Of a stretch of 64,000 nt of DNA, positions 1 to 8,537 are shown one piece after another (within the stretch, counting starts at the first letter, position 1; each line of letters begins with the position of its first letter). Below the pieces are notes generated by a model. It ran no database searches and had not been told where the DNA came from. It saw nothing but the letters and a program-made list of their open reading frames with translations. Source of the stretch: Candidatus Poribacteria bacterium (GTDB taxonomy: Bacteria; Poribacteria; WGA-4E; WGA-3G); NCBI GenBank assembly GCA_963665235.2, contig CAXXLX010000001.1:3230031-3294030 (forward strand), in the 5' to 3' direction. Made by a program: the position numbers and the translations under genes.

Positions 1-756
1 ACCGAAGCCTTAGCGATTCGTCCAACAATTGAGCGTATTGCTTTTTGGGGAACGACCTGCGGCTTCACTTGCCTCACTGTCTTCATCGGGCTCTGGTGGC
101 TAGAGCAGGGGAATTTTCCGATAACATATTGGACGAACTCTACTGCCTTCTTTGCATGGGCAATCACATTAATCTATCTGATTATCGTTCGTTTAACACA
201 ACTTCGCGCCCTCGGCACCTTCGTTGTGCCTATCGCCTTCATTGCAATCTTGGTGTCTTACGGTTTCACCCGAAATAGTGTGACCCTCCCGGAACAGTTG
301 CGAACCTATTGGTTAGTCGCACACGTCACGCTCATCTATCTCAGCTATGCCGCGTTTACCGCAGCATTTGGATTTGGACTGATGTACCTGATAGCGGAAA
401 AACAGATTCGTGAAAAGACGCGAACGCTCTTTCACAATCTGCTCCCCTCCCTTGGGGTATCCGATGAACTTGGATACCGCTGCACTATCCTTGGTGTAAT
501 TCTGCTTACCATGGGAATTGTTGTAGGTGCGCTCTGGACGCAATATATCATCGAGGTCCCCTGGAATTGGTTTGATGTGAAGATTATCTCTACGCTGGCG
601 ACCTGGTTCATCTACGTTATACAAATCGGTATCCGTCAATTTTGGGGTTGGCGCGGTAGAAAGGCAGCTTATGCTGCAATCGTCGGGTTAGTCGCTGTTC
701 TTTATACCTACGTCGGCGTTGACATCTTTTTGGAAAGTGTGCACACCTTCAAATGA
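1..756 (+). CDS. Cytochrome c assembly (CcsA/HemX-like) integral membrane protein; the 5' end lies outside the window
   Basis: Frame 1 is open from base 1 to the stop at 754-756, so the listed ORF 226-756 is only the distal part. The protein is multi-pass and hydrophobic, with a Trp-rich stretch GALWTQYIIEVPWNWFDVKII that resembles the WxWD heme-handling motif. It lies upstream of hemA/hemC/hemD, as HemX does in Bacillus-type hem operons. Confidence 0.6.
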   Translation, partial: TEALAIRPTIERIAFWGTTCGFTCLTVFIGLWWLEQGNFPITYWTNSTAFFAWAITLIYLIIVRLTQLRALGTFVVPIAFIAILVSYGFTRNSVTLPEQLRTYWLVAHVTLIYLSYAAFTAAFGFGLMYLIAEKQIREKTRTLFHNLLPSLGVSDELGYRCTILGVILLTMGIVVGALWTQYIIEVPWNWFDVKIISTLATWFIYVIQIGIRQFWGWRGRKAAYAAIVGLVAVLYTYVGVDIFLESVHTFK

Positions 757-780
757 AATGTAAGCAGCACGTAGTCTCGT

Positions 781-1005
781 TTAGACTTTGGTGAGTGATA
801 GCATTTTTGCGTGGGCGGATTCTAAAATTGAATCCCGAATGAAGGTGGTGGCATTTAAAATCTCTATACCGATGAGTTCGCCGTTCCCGTTCAATTCGGC
901 GGTAATATTCGGGCTGAGTTCAAGACTATCGCTTTCTGGATCATCGGAAATCGCCAGGTGCAATATGTCTTCTTTCTCAAAGTATGTCATCTTTGTTTTA
1001 TTCAA
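781..1005 (-). CDS. DUF2283 (YuzE-like) small protein
   Basis: 74 aa. MTYFEKEDILHLAISDDPESDSLELSPNITAELNGNGELIGIEI matches the DUF2283 pattern (Y-D-x-E-x-D-x-L-x-I ... G-x-x-x-G-I-E-I). A TTGACT-17-TATACT promoter-like site lies upstream on the minus strand near 1107-1135. Confidence 0.55.
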   Translation of the reverse strand: MNKTKMTYFEKEDILHLAISDDPESDSLELSPNITAELNGNGELIGIEILNATTFIRDSILESAHAKMLSLTKV

Positions 1006-1165
1006 AAGTGTACCTCCGTATTCTAACTCGGAATCGAATCTGTTGACGAGTTGTGGCGTGAACCGTTATTGGAGTGACAATATCTTGATAGACCTATTCT
1101 GGGATGACTTCATTGTATATAGTATAGCGTGACAATCCTTTGTAGTCAAGTTTAATTTTTTGGGG

Positions 1166-1370
1166 GTGTGTAAAGTTTTTGTACAAAACCGGTGCATAAG
1201 TTACACTTTTTGACACAAAGTGTGTCTTTTGGTTTTCGGTTCTGAATGCCCGCAAACGCATGCCCCGTCTATGTTTGTAAGCGGTTTTGACCTATATTTT
1301 TCAAAACACATAAAGAACAAAGTGTGACATTTCGACCGCCGATTTTCAGGTATCATTCCTGCCTACTTTT
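1166..1370 (-). repeat. Solo arm (~205 bp) of the 19-bp-TIR element; homologous to 23937-24140
   Basis: It starts with GTGTGTAAAGTTTTTGTAC (1166-1184), identical to the terminal repeat at 23195-23213 and 24122-24140. Read in reverse complement it continues collinear with 23937-24140: ...GTGTAACTTATGCACCGGTTTTGTACAAAAACTTTACACAC. Confidence 0.65.
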
Positions 1371-1429
1371 CTTACCGTTCTGCATACTGGGGTTTAGTCC
1401 GACCGGGTTGCGGTGTTTTCTATAAATAA

Positions 1430-1582
1430 CGTAAGCTTGATAATAAATGTCCGTATGCTGTAGACACTTTTCATTGCGAAAAAAGCGGGGTAATTGTAGC
1501 ACAAACTTCCTAGTTTGGGTCTTCCATCTTCGCTAAAAATATCCGAGGACACCGCAGGTGAAAACTTTTTTCAAACTCACGT
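1430..1582. mobile_element. MITE-A copy 1 (153 bp, short form) flanked by a perfect 8-bp target-site duplication TATAAATA
   Basis: The ends ACGTAAGCTTGATAATAAATG... and ...CTTTTTTCAAACTCACGT form imperfect terminal inverted repeats. TATAAATA occurs at 1422-1429 and at 1583-1590. Removing the element plus one TSD copy restores an intact hairpin-repeat unit, TTCTATAAATATATCGCCCCGCTGGGGCTAG. Confidence 0.8.
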
Positions 1583-1712
1583 TATAAATATATCGCCCCG
1601 CTGGGGCTAGGTTGTGTGGTGTTCACGTCTTCTATAAACATTCCGCCCCGCTGGGGCTAGTTTGTGGGGCGGTTGTGTTTTCTATAAATATATCGCCCCG
1701 CTGGGGCTAGTT
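1583..1712 (-). repeat. Array of three ~31-nt hairpin units at ~50-bp period; the first unit is split by MITE-A
   Basis: Units TTCTATAAA(T/C)AT(A/T)(T/C)CGCCCCGCTGGGGCTAG lie at 1419-1429 plus 1583-1610, at 1630-1660 and at 1679-1710. The stem GCCCC/GGGGC encloses a 3-nt loop. The ~19-nt intervening segments are A/C-rich and resemble each other. Confidence 0.8.
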
Positions 1713-1747
1713 TAAAGAGGCGACACCCTTAATCGCAAAATTGTGAT

Positions 1748-1845
1748 GCGGACACCTCTTACAATCCGCGAAATCCGTGTAATCCGCGATAATCCGCGAT
1801 TTGTGGCGTACTCGCCCAAATGCGACGTGCATTCAGACAACACAC
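1748..1845. repeat. Dispersed ~98-bp repeat (family Y); an inverted second copy lies at 33267-33364
   Basis: The reverse complement reads GTGTGTTGTCTGAATGCACGTCGCATTTGGGCGAGTACGCCACAAATCGCGGATTATCGCGGA...TAAGAGGTGTCCGC. This is collinear with 33267-33364. It contains AATCCGCG micro-repeats. Confidence 0.7.
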
Positions 1846-2002
1846 CAAATCCACCAAAACCCACATTTCTTAAATCTTTTTTCTTGACAATATCTGTCAA
1901 AAGTGTTTAGCATAACGAGTTGTGCTAAATGACTTTTTGTCCAACATTATTTCACACAAACAGAACGTTTTGTCCGTGTTTCTCTTATGTTTGGACGCTC
2001 TT

Positions 2003-2080
2003 CAGTCCTGTATGGACGATATATTTATAGCGAAGCGTTCCCCCTTTCTCTTTAGTCCCATAGGGACGATATGTTTGTTC
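2003..2080 (+). repeat. Two further hairpin units, in the opposite orientation to 1583-1712
   Basis: The units are CAGTCCTGTATGGACGATATATTTATAGC and CTTTAGTCCCATAGGGACGATATGTTTGTTC, separated by ~18 nt. Confidence 0.7.
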
Positions 2081-2153
2081 GACACCATCCAAATCTGTGA
2101 GAAAAACAAAAACAATCAGTTAACTGACACAAGTCGTTAGCATAGAAAATGTT

Positions 2154-2182
2154 TTGACATTAATGGGGATATGTGATATAAT
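2154..2182 (+). promoter_or_regulatory. Consensus sigma-70 promoter upstream of hemA
   Basis: TTGACA (2154-2159), a 17-nt spacer, then TATAAT (2177-2182). Confidence 0.6.
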
Positions 2183-2566
2183 TTAATCGGTTATGATTTA
2201 CACGACGCGCGAGGAATTTTAACAACCTATTAGATTTTCTGTTGAAAAAACATGAATCATATTGTGTCCATTGGAACAAGCCACCATACAGCCCCGATTG
2301 AATTCAGGGAGAAGCTGGCGTTTTCCGAAGAACAACTTATTGAATCTCTTCAGCACCTACGCATTAATGGGGATATGTGATATAATTTAATCGGTTATGA
2401 TTTACACGACGCGCGAGGAATTTTAACAACCTATTAGATTTTCTGTTGAAAAAACATGAATCATATTGTGTCCATTGGAACAAGCCACCATACAGCCCCG
2501 ATTGAATTCAGGGAGAAGCTGGCGTTTTCCGAAGAACAACTTATTGAATCTCTTCAGCACCTACGC
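2159..2566 (+). repeat. Perfect 204-bp tandem duplication covering the hemA -10 region, 5'UTR and first 37 codons
   Basis: 2159-2362 is identical to 2363-2566 by eye. Copy 1 gives a 42-codon ORF (2252-2380) encoding HemA residues 1-37 followed by INGDM-stop. Copy 2 continues into full-length hemA. Confidence 0.9.
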
Positions 2567-3751
2567 GAATCTTATCAGGTTCAAGAGGCGGTAATCCTTT
2601 CGACCTGCAACCGGGTTGAGGTCTATGCCGTCGCGAATTCACGTAGCATTGCAGAAACTCCTACGAAGTCGCTGGTGCAATTCCTGTCGCGCTATCATCG
2701 CGTCGGCGTGGAGGTCCTTAAAAAATGGAGCTATCTCCATCACGACCTGGAGACTATCCGACACCTCTTTCGTGTCACGGCGAGTCTGGACTCCATGGTC
2801 GTTGGTGAATCGCAAATTTTGGGACAGGTTAAGGAGGCGTACGATATTTCGCGTTCTGCGGGAGGGGCGGGCACTATTCTCAACAGTCTCTTTCCGAAGG
2901 CGTTCAGCGTGGGGAAACGGGTTCGCTCCGAGACAACTATCGCTGCCGGGGCAGTCTCTATCAGTTATGCCGCCGTTGAATTGGCAAAAAAAATCTTCAA
3001 CACATTGGAAGGCAAAACAGTCGCAATTATCGGCGCAGGCGAAATGAGCGAACTGACCGCGAAGCATCTCGTTGCCAACGGAGTCTCCAAGGTTATCGTC
3101 GCCAACCGCACATATCAAAACGCTGTCAAAATCGCAGAGAAATTTAACGGTACCCCTTACGCTTACCAGGACGACCTCGGTTTTCTCATCGAGGCGGACA
3201 TTGTTATTAGCTCCACAAATGCCCCCACTTACCTCATCAAACGGAAACCGCTTGCAAACATCATGAAAAAGCGAAAACATCGCTATATGTTTCTCATAGA
3301 CATCGCTGTGCCTCGCGACATCGAACCGGATGTGGGCAAAGTTGACCACGCCTTCCTCTATAACATTGACGATTTAGAGGCTGTTGTCGCCGCGAACCTC
3401 AAAGAACGGCAACAGGAAGCATCCCGCGCTGAACTGATTGTCTCTGAAGAGGCAAGACGATTCCATGCCCAATTGCAAATCCTTGAAGTGAACCCAACTA
3501 TTAAGGCACTGCACCAGCAGTTCCAACAGATAGCCGAAACGGAATTGGAGGCATGCTTCGGAAAAACGGAACTCTCCGATAAGCAGGAAGCAGCCGTGGC
3601 ATCTATGACACAAGCAATCGTCAAAAAACTCCTCCACGACCCTATGAAGAATTTACGCCACGCTGTCAACGATAACGATGCGGACCACGGGCAATATGTC
3701 CAGGCACTACAGGAAATCTTTGCATTGAATACCGATGAGGAATCACAATGA
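2456..3751 (+). CDS. hemA: Glutamyl-tRNA reductase
   Basis: 431 aa with LSTCNRVEVYAV, GESQILGQVK and the NADPH-binding motif IGAGEMSELTAKHL. Its stop overlaps the hemC start. Confidence 0.95.
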   Translation: MNHIVSIGTSHHTAPIEFREKLAFSEEQLIESLQHLRESYQVQEAVILSTCNRVEVYAVANSRSIAETPTKSLVQFLSRYHRVGVEVLKKWSYLHHDLETIRHLFRVTASLDSMVVGESQILGQVKEAYDISRSAGGAGTILNSLFPKAFSVGKRVRSETTIAAGAVSISYAAVELAKKIFNTLEGKTVAIIGAGEMSELTAKHLVANGVSKVIVANRTYQNAVKIAEKFNGTPYAYQDDLGFLIEADIVISSTNAPTYLIKRKPLANIMKKRKHRYMFLIDIAVPRDIEPDVGKVDHAFLYNIDDLEAVVAANLKERQQEASRAELIVSEEARRFHAQLQILEVNPTIKALHQQFQQIAETELEACFGKTELSDKQEAAVASMTQAIVKKLLHDPMKNLRHAVNDNDADHGQYVQALQEIFALNTDEESQ

Positions 3752-4674
3752 ATCGTTCTGTCACAATCGGCACCCGTGGCAGTCAACTTGCACTCTGGCA
3801 GGCACACTTCGTTAAGGAACAATTGGCACGCCATTTTCCGGATGTTAAGGTTGACCTCAAGATTATCAAAACCACCGGCGACACTATTCAAAACCGTTCC
3901 CTGATCGGATTGGGCAAAGGGGTGTTTACCAAAGAGATAGAAATTGCACTCTTAAATAGGAGCATAGACCTCGCTGTCCACAGTCTGAAAGATTTGCCTA
4001 CAGCCCTGCCCGATGGACTTCACATCGCAGCGATACCTGCTCGCGAGGATGCCCGCGATGTGCTTATCACATGCACAGGCTTACCGCTATCAGAATTGCC
4101 AAGTGGTGCCAAAATTGGCACGACAAGCCCACGCCGAAAAGCACAACTCCTTTACGCGCGTCCAGATTTAAGCGTCGTTGATGTACGTGGCAACATTGAT
4201 ACACGGTTACGCAAACTTCACGAAACCGAACTGGATGGCATCATACTCGCTGCTGCTGGTATTAAACGGCTCCTCAGCCCGAAAATTATCACCCAATTTT
4301 TTGATACAGACCTGATGGTGCCGGCTGTCGGACAGGGGGCCCTCGCTATTGAAGCGCGAACCGAAGACGCAGCTGTAGCTACACTGCTTGCACCTCTAAA
4401 CGATTGCAAGGCAGAAGCCGAAATCACCGCTGAAAGAGCACTATTGGAAAAACTCGGTGGCGGATGTCAGGTGCCGATTGGTGCAAATGCCAAGCATGTC
4501 AACGGCACACTCTCAATTATCGCGGGGGTCTGCCATCCGGAAGGGACGCAGCGCATCGTGGAAAAATCTACTGCTTCCCCAAACAATGCACAGGAATTAG
4601 GCGAAATCGTCGCTGAAAAACTGAAAAACAGCGGCGCAACCGAACTGCTATCCGCGGAACAGGTAAAACACTGA
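3748..4674 (+). CDS. hemC: Hydroxymethylbilane synthase (porphobilinogen deaminase)
   Basis: 308 aa with GTRGSQLALWQA, IKTTGD and the cofactor Cys context GGGCQVPIG. Confidence 0.95.
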   Translation: MNRSVTIGTRGSQLALWQAHFVKEQLARHFPDVKVDLKIIKTTGDTIQNRSLIGLGKGVFTKEIEIALLNRSIDLAVHSLKDLPTALPDGLHIAAIPAREDARDVLITCTGLPLSELPSGAKIGTTSPRRKAQLLYARPDLSVVDVRGNIDTRLRKLHETELDGIILAAAGIKRLLSPKIITQFFDTDLMVPAVGQGALAIEARTEDAAVATLLAPLNDCKAEAEITAERALLEKLGGGCQVPIGANAKHVNGTLSIIAGVCHPEGTQRIVEKSTASPNNAQELGEIVAEKLKNSGATELLSAEQVKH

Positions 4675-6200
4675 TGAACGAGGCTACAAAAAAAACACAC
4701 CCCGGTATAGTTTACATCGTCGGTGCTGGGCCCGGTGATAAAAAACTCATCACACTCAAAGGCTTGGAATGCCTACAGCAAGCCGATGTTGTCATCTACG
4801 ACCTGCTGCTGAACGACACACTATTACAACACTGCCCCGCGCACACCGAGAAGATTCGAGCCCCCGACCCAAGAATCCGAACGACACGCCAAGCCGAACT
4901 GAATCAACTACTGATTCAGCAGGCAAAAGCGGGTAAAACCGTCGTTCGCCTCAAGGGGGGTGACCCCTATATCTTCGGACGCGGCGGCGAAGAGGCAATT
5001 GCACTCACCGAAGCGGGTATACCGTTCGAGATAGTCCCCGGCATCACTGCTGGCATCGCGGCATCGGCTTATGCGGGCATCCCCGTGACGCACCGAGACT
5101 ACGCCTCCTCGGTAGCATTTGTGACAGGACATTCCGCCGCGCTAGGTCAAGATTCAAACATTCATTGGGAACACCTCGCCACTGCGGTGGACACCCTCGT
5201 TGTCTATATGGGGGTTGCGCATCTGTCCCAGATTGTGGAGCGGCTGCTAACTCACGGCAGAAGTCCGCAAACGCCTGTCAGTTTGGTCCGAGTTGGAACA
5301 ACACCCCAGCAATATGTCGTCCAAGGCACACTTGCCGATATTGCAGAGAAAACCGCAGCAGTCCAACTGAAAAGCCCCGCTGTTATCGTCATCGGTGAAG
5401 TCAATCAGCTCCGAGCGCAGCTCCGATGGTTTGATACGAAACCGCTCTTCGGAAAACGAATCCTTGTCACGCGCGCCCGCGCACAGGCAAGCGAATTCGC
5501 TGACCTCCTGGAGGCAAACGGCGCAGAGGTTATCCAATTTCCTACCATAGAGATACACCCTATCGATATTGACCCCGCAGCTATACCCACCCCTAAGGAG
5601 TCCGATTGGGTTATCTTTACAAGTGTCAACGCTGTTGAGATTTTTTTTGAACGTCTACGGGAAATAGGACTGGATGCACGCGCGTTCGGCACAAGCAAAA
5701 TCTGTGCCGTCGGTCCGAAAACGGTTGACGCACTTAACCGCATCGGCATCTATCCTGACTTTGTTCCATCGCATGCCCGCGGGGGTGTCGTCGCCGCGGA
5801 AATAGGGGATGTGCAGGGAAAGACAATTCTCCTACCACGAGCGAAAATCGCTACGCCGGACCTCCCCAACGGTTTGCGTAAAAGAGGGGCGCGCGTGGAA
5901 GAAATTCCGATTTACGATACCGTCAAAGTCCAAAACGAGAGTAGTCAGATTATTGAGGCGGAGCTTTTAGAGGGCAGAATTGACTTCGTTACGTTTACCA
6001 GCTCTTCAACAGTGCTCAACTTTCTTGAGATGTTCCCAACACGTACGGCTAAAGAATTGTTGACGAATGTTCAGGTAGCTGTCATCGGCCCAACAACAGA
6101 GGCAACAGCGACCCAACACGGTGTGCGGGTTGATGTCGTAGCAAAAGAAGCCTCTATTGAGAGTCTTGTAGAGGCAATTTTAACGCTCCGCCTGCCGTGA
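4674..6200 (+). CDS. cobA/hemD: Fusion of uroporphyrinogen-III C-methyltransferase and uroporphyrinogen-III synthase
   Basis: 508 aa. The N-terminal half has the tetrapyrrole methylase motifs VYIVGAGPGD and LKGGDPYIFGRGGEE. The C-terminal half (from about residue 260, KRILVTRA...) is HemD-like. Confidence 0.9.
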   Translation: MNEATKKTHPGIVYIVGAGPGDKKLITLKGLECLQQADVVIYDLLLNDTLLQHCPAHTEKIRAPDPRIRTTRQAELNQLLIQQAKAGKTVVRLKGGDPYIFGRGGEEAIALTEAGIPFEIVPGITAGIAASAYAGIPVTHRDYASSVAFVTGHSAALGQDSNIHWEHLATAVDTLVVYMGVAHLSQIVERLLTHGRSPQTPVSLVRVGTTPQQYVVQGTLADIAEKTAAVQLKSPAVIVIGEVNQLRAQLRWFDTKPLFGKRILVTRARAQASEFADLLEANGAEVIQFPTIEIHPIDIDPAAIPTPKESDWVIFTSVNAVEIFFERLREIGLDARAFGTSKICAVGPKTVDALNRIGIYPDFVPSHARGGVVAAEIGDVQGKTILLPRAKIATPDLPNGLRKRGARVEEIPIYDTVKVQNESSQIIEAELLEGRIDFVTFTSSSTVLNFLEMFPTRTAKELLTNVQVAVIGPTTEATATQHGVRVDVVAKEASIESLVEAILTLRLP

Positions 6201-6299
6201 CAGAAGTGCCAATTTCTAACTGGACATACAATTGCAATTGTGGTAACCTAGAGATAATCACGAATTCAAAATCACGTCAAAGGGGAAAAAAGAGAGACC

Positions 6300-7742
6300 A
6301 TGGACAAAAAAGAGGAACTCATTGCGGAACTCTCCGCGCTACTTGGTCCCAAAAACGTTTTAACCGATGCAACCGCGCTATCGGTATACGAATGCGATGC
6401 CGCGCCCTCGTTTAAGGCACTACCAGATGTCGTCGTTTTTGCGGATACAACAGAGCAGGTATCAGATATTGTCAAGTTAGCGAACAAATACAGCACACCA
6501 TTTATCGCACGTGGCGGTGGGACCGGCTTGAGTGGCGGCATGCTTTCTGTTCAGGGGGGAATTATCATCGCACTCAATCGAATGAATCGCATCCTTGAGA
6601 TAGATATTGAAAACGAACGCGCCGTGGTTGAACCCGGTGTCGTCAATCTACTTTTGTCACAAGCCGTGCAGAACCAGGGGTACCATTACGCGCCGGACCC
6701 GTCAAGTCAGAAGGCTTGCACAATCGGGGGAAATATTGCAGAAAACTCTGGCGGCCCGCATACCTTAAAATACGGTGTCACCTCCGACCATGTGCTCGGC
6801 ATGGAGGTTGTAATGCCGGATGGTGAGATTATAGAGTTCGGCGGGGCAGTTGAAGAGGTGCCCGGCTACGACCTGCGTGGTCTTCTCATCGGCTCCGAAG
6901 GCACATTTGGCATCGTGACGAAAGCGACAGTCCGCCTCACACGGAATCCGCAAGCGTATCAGACCGCTTTGGCAGTCTTTGATAACATGGACGATGCATC
7001 TAATGCTGTCTCGACGATTATCGGTGCAGGCATTATCCCCGCTGCGTTGGAAATGATGGACAGCCTCGTCATTCGTGCGTTAGAGGAGGCGTTCCAATTC
7101 GGGTTTCCACTTGATGCCGAAGCGGTACTCATTGTGGAACTTGATGGAATTGAAGCGGGAATGCAGAACCAAGCCGCGCGAATTCTGGAAATCTTCAAAC
7201 AGCATGATGCCCGTGAGGTGAATTACGCCAAAGATGAGGCGGAACGTCAGCAGCTTTGGAAGGCACGGAAAAGCGCGTTCGGCTCATTTGGCCGGCTTGC
7301 ACCGAACTATATCACACAAGACGGTGTTGTACCCCGCACACGTTTACCGAAAGTCCTCCGCCGTATCTCCGAAATTTCCGAAAAATACCAAATCGCAATT
7401 GCAAACGTTTTTCATGCAGGCGATGGTAACATACACCCTATCGTCCTCTTTGATGAACGGGACCATGACCAATGTGAACGGGTGGAACATGTGAACAGAG
7501 AAATACTCACAGTATGTGCTGAAGTTGGCGGAACAATCACCGGTGAACACGGCATCGGCGTTGAAAAGATGGATTATATGCCGTTAATCTTCAGTCCTGC
7601 GGATTTGCAGGTGATGACAAATGTCAAAGCAATCTTCAATCCGACAGGCCTCTGCAATCCCGGTAAAATTTTCCCGACCGCTGAATCATACACAAAACTC
7701 GGGCTGCAACCGGTTCCCGAAGAGTCGGCATCTCCTCTGTAG
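6300..7742 (+). CDS. glcD: FAD-linked oxidase, glycolate oxidase subunit GlcD-like
   Basis: 480 aa with FAD-binding PCMH-type motifs ARGGGTGLSGG and GEHGIGVEK. The stop codon TAG sits inside the GTAG head of a REP element. Confidence 0.85.
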   Translation: MDKKEELIAELSALLGPKNVLTDATALSVYECDAAPSFKALPDVVVFADTTEQVSDIVKLANKYSTPFIARGGGTGLSGGMLSVQGGIIIALNRMNRILEIDIENERAVVEPGVVNLLLSQAVQNQGYHYAPDPSSQKACTIGGNIAENSGGPHTLKYGVTSDHVLGMEVVMPDGEIIEFGGAVEEVPGYDLRGLLIGSEGTFGIVTKATVRLTRNPQAYQTALAVFDNMDDASNAVSTIIGAGIIPAALEMMDSLVIRALEEAFQFGFPLDAEAVLIVELDGIEAGMQNQAARILEIFKQHDAREVNYAKDEAERQQLWKARKSAFGSFGRLAPNYITQDGVVPRTRLPKVLRRISEISEKYQIAIANVFHAGDGNIHPIVLFDERDHDQCERVEHVNREILTVCAEVGGTITGEHGIGVEKMDYMPLIFSPADLQVMTNVKAIFNPTGLCNPGKIFPTAESYTKLGLQPVPEESASPL

Positions 7743-7806
7743 GAGCGTGCTGTGCACGCGATACCGTTCTTATGTAGGAGCGTGCTGTGCACGCGATATT
7801 AAGGAG
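7738..7806 (+). repeat. Two GTAG-headed REP-like palindromes
   Basis: TGTAGGAGCGTGCTGTGCACGCGAT occurs twice, with stem GCGTGC/GCACGC. It ends ...CGCGATATTAAGGAG, exactly as the 12-copy array does at 61567-61930. Confidence 0.85.
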
Positions 7807-7889
7807 CGGGCTGTCTACTATTTCAGATATCTGATTATAATCACAACATCTGGTTTCCAATTGCTAATTGCCAATTATGAGATAAACAA

Positions 7890-8525
7890 ATGGCTGAATA
7901 TGTCACAGGGGTCAATCCCGATATCCTCAAATGGGCACGTACTAGTTCTAACTATACCGTTCAGGACATCGCTGCATCCCTCAAGAAGGATATTTCAATT
8001 ATCCAGGCTTGGGAATCCGGTGAACGTGCGCCCACTTATCGTCAACTTGAAAGGTTAGCCGACAAATACAAACGACCTCTCGCCATTTTCTTTTTCCCTG
8101 AACCGCCTGAAGAGCCAAATATTGCAGAGAATCTTGCGCTACGGAGTGCCGATATTGAAGGTTTGTCGCCACGTATCCATATACTGCTCCGGCAGGCTTA
8201 TGCGCGACAGCTCTCCTTAATGGAACTGAATGTAGGGAACAACCCAGCCGAAAATAAAATTTTTCGTGCTTTGCAAGCGCGACTTAACGATTCACCGCTC
8301 GAACTCGCCAAACAGACGCGCGCCTATCTGAACATCAGTGTTGACCAGCAGATAGGTTGGAATAGCCCGGCAGAAGGTTTCGACAATTGGCGGGACGCAA
8401 TTGAGGAGAAAGGCGTTTTCGTTTTCAAAGACGCGTTCAAAGATGGTGCTATTGAGCAACTCGCGGAGCACCTAAACGTAAAGGTCAAGCAGATTCCCCA
8501 GCTCTTTGATATTCATCAGCGATAA
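7890..8525 (+). CDS. XRE-family HTH protein resembling the N-terminal part of ImmA/IrrE-type regulators; no peptidase motif seen
   Basis: 211 aa. ILKWARTSSNYTVQDIAASLKKDISIIQAWESGERAPTYRQLERLADKYKRPLAIFFFPEPP is typical of HTH-ImmA/IrrE fusion proteins. No HExxH follows. Confidence 0.6.
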   Translation: MAEYVTGVNPDILKWARTSSNYTVQDIAASLKKDISIIQAWESGERAPTYRQLERLADKYKRPLAIFFFPEPPEEPNIAENLALRSADIEGLSPRIHILLRQAYARQLSLMELNVGNNPAENKIFRALQARLNDSPLELAKQTRAYLNISVDQQIGWNSPAEGFDNWRDAIEEKGVFVFKDAFKDGAIEQLAEHLNVKVKQIPQLFDIHQR

Positions 8526-8537
8526 AAGGAAACAGCA

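Noticed and set aside
1006-1132. DUF4258-like toxin partner upstream of the DUF2283 gene
   Set aside because: Only a stop-interrupted ~30-codon stretch (VYQDIVTPITVHATTRQQ...) is present. Its similarity is too weak to call, so it is mentioned only as a possible remnant.
1419-1712. Possible CRISPR array (also at 11170-11335 and 23715-23905): ~31-nt repeats with ~19-23-nt 'spacers', one array lying just downstream of tnpB
   Set aside because: Each array has only 2-3 units. The spacers are shorter than usual. They are homologous between copies or compositionally alike. Two arrays lie inside MITEs bounded by inverted repeats and TSDs. Some repeats carry loop insertions. No cas genes are present. 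This is better described as a structured dispersed repeat family.
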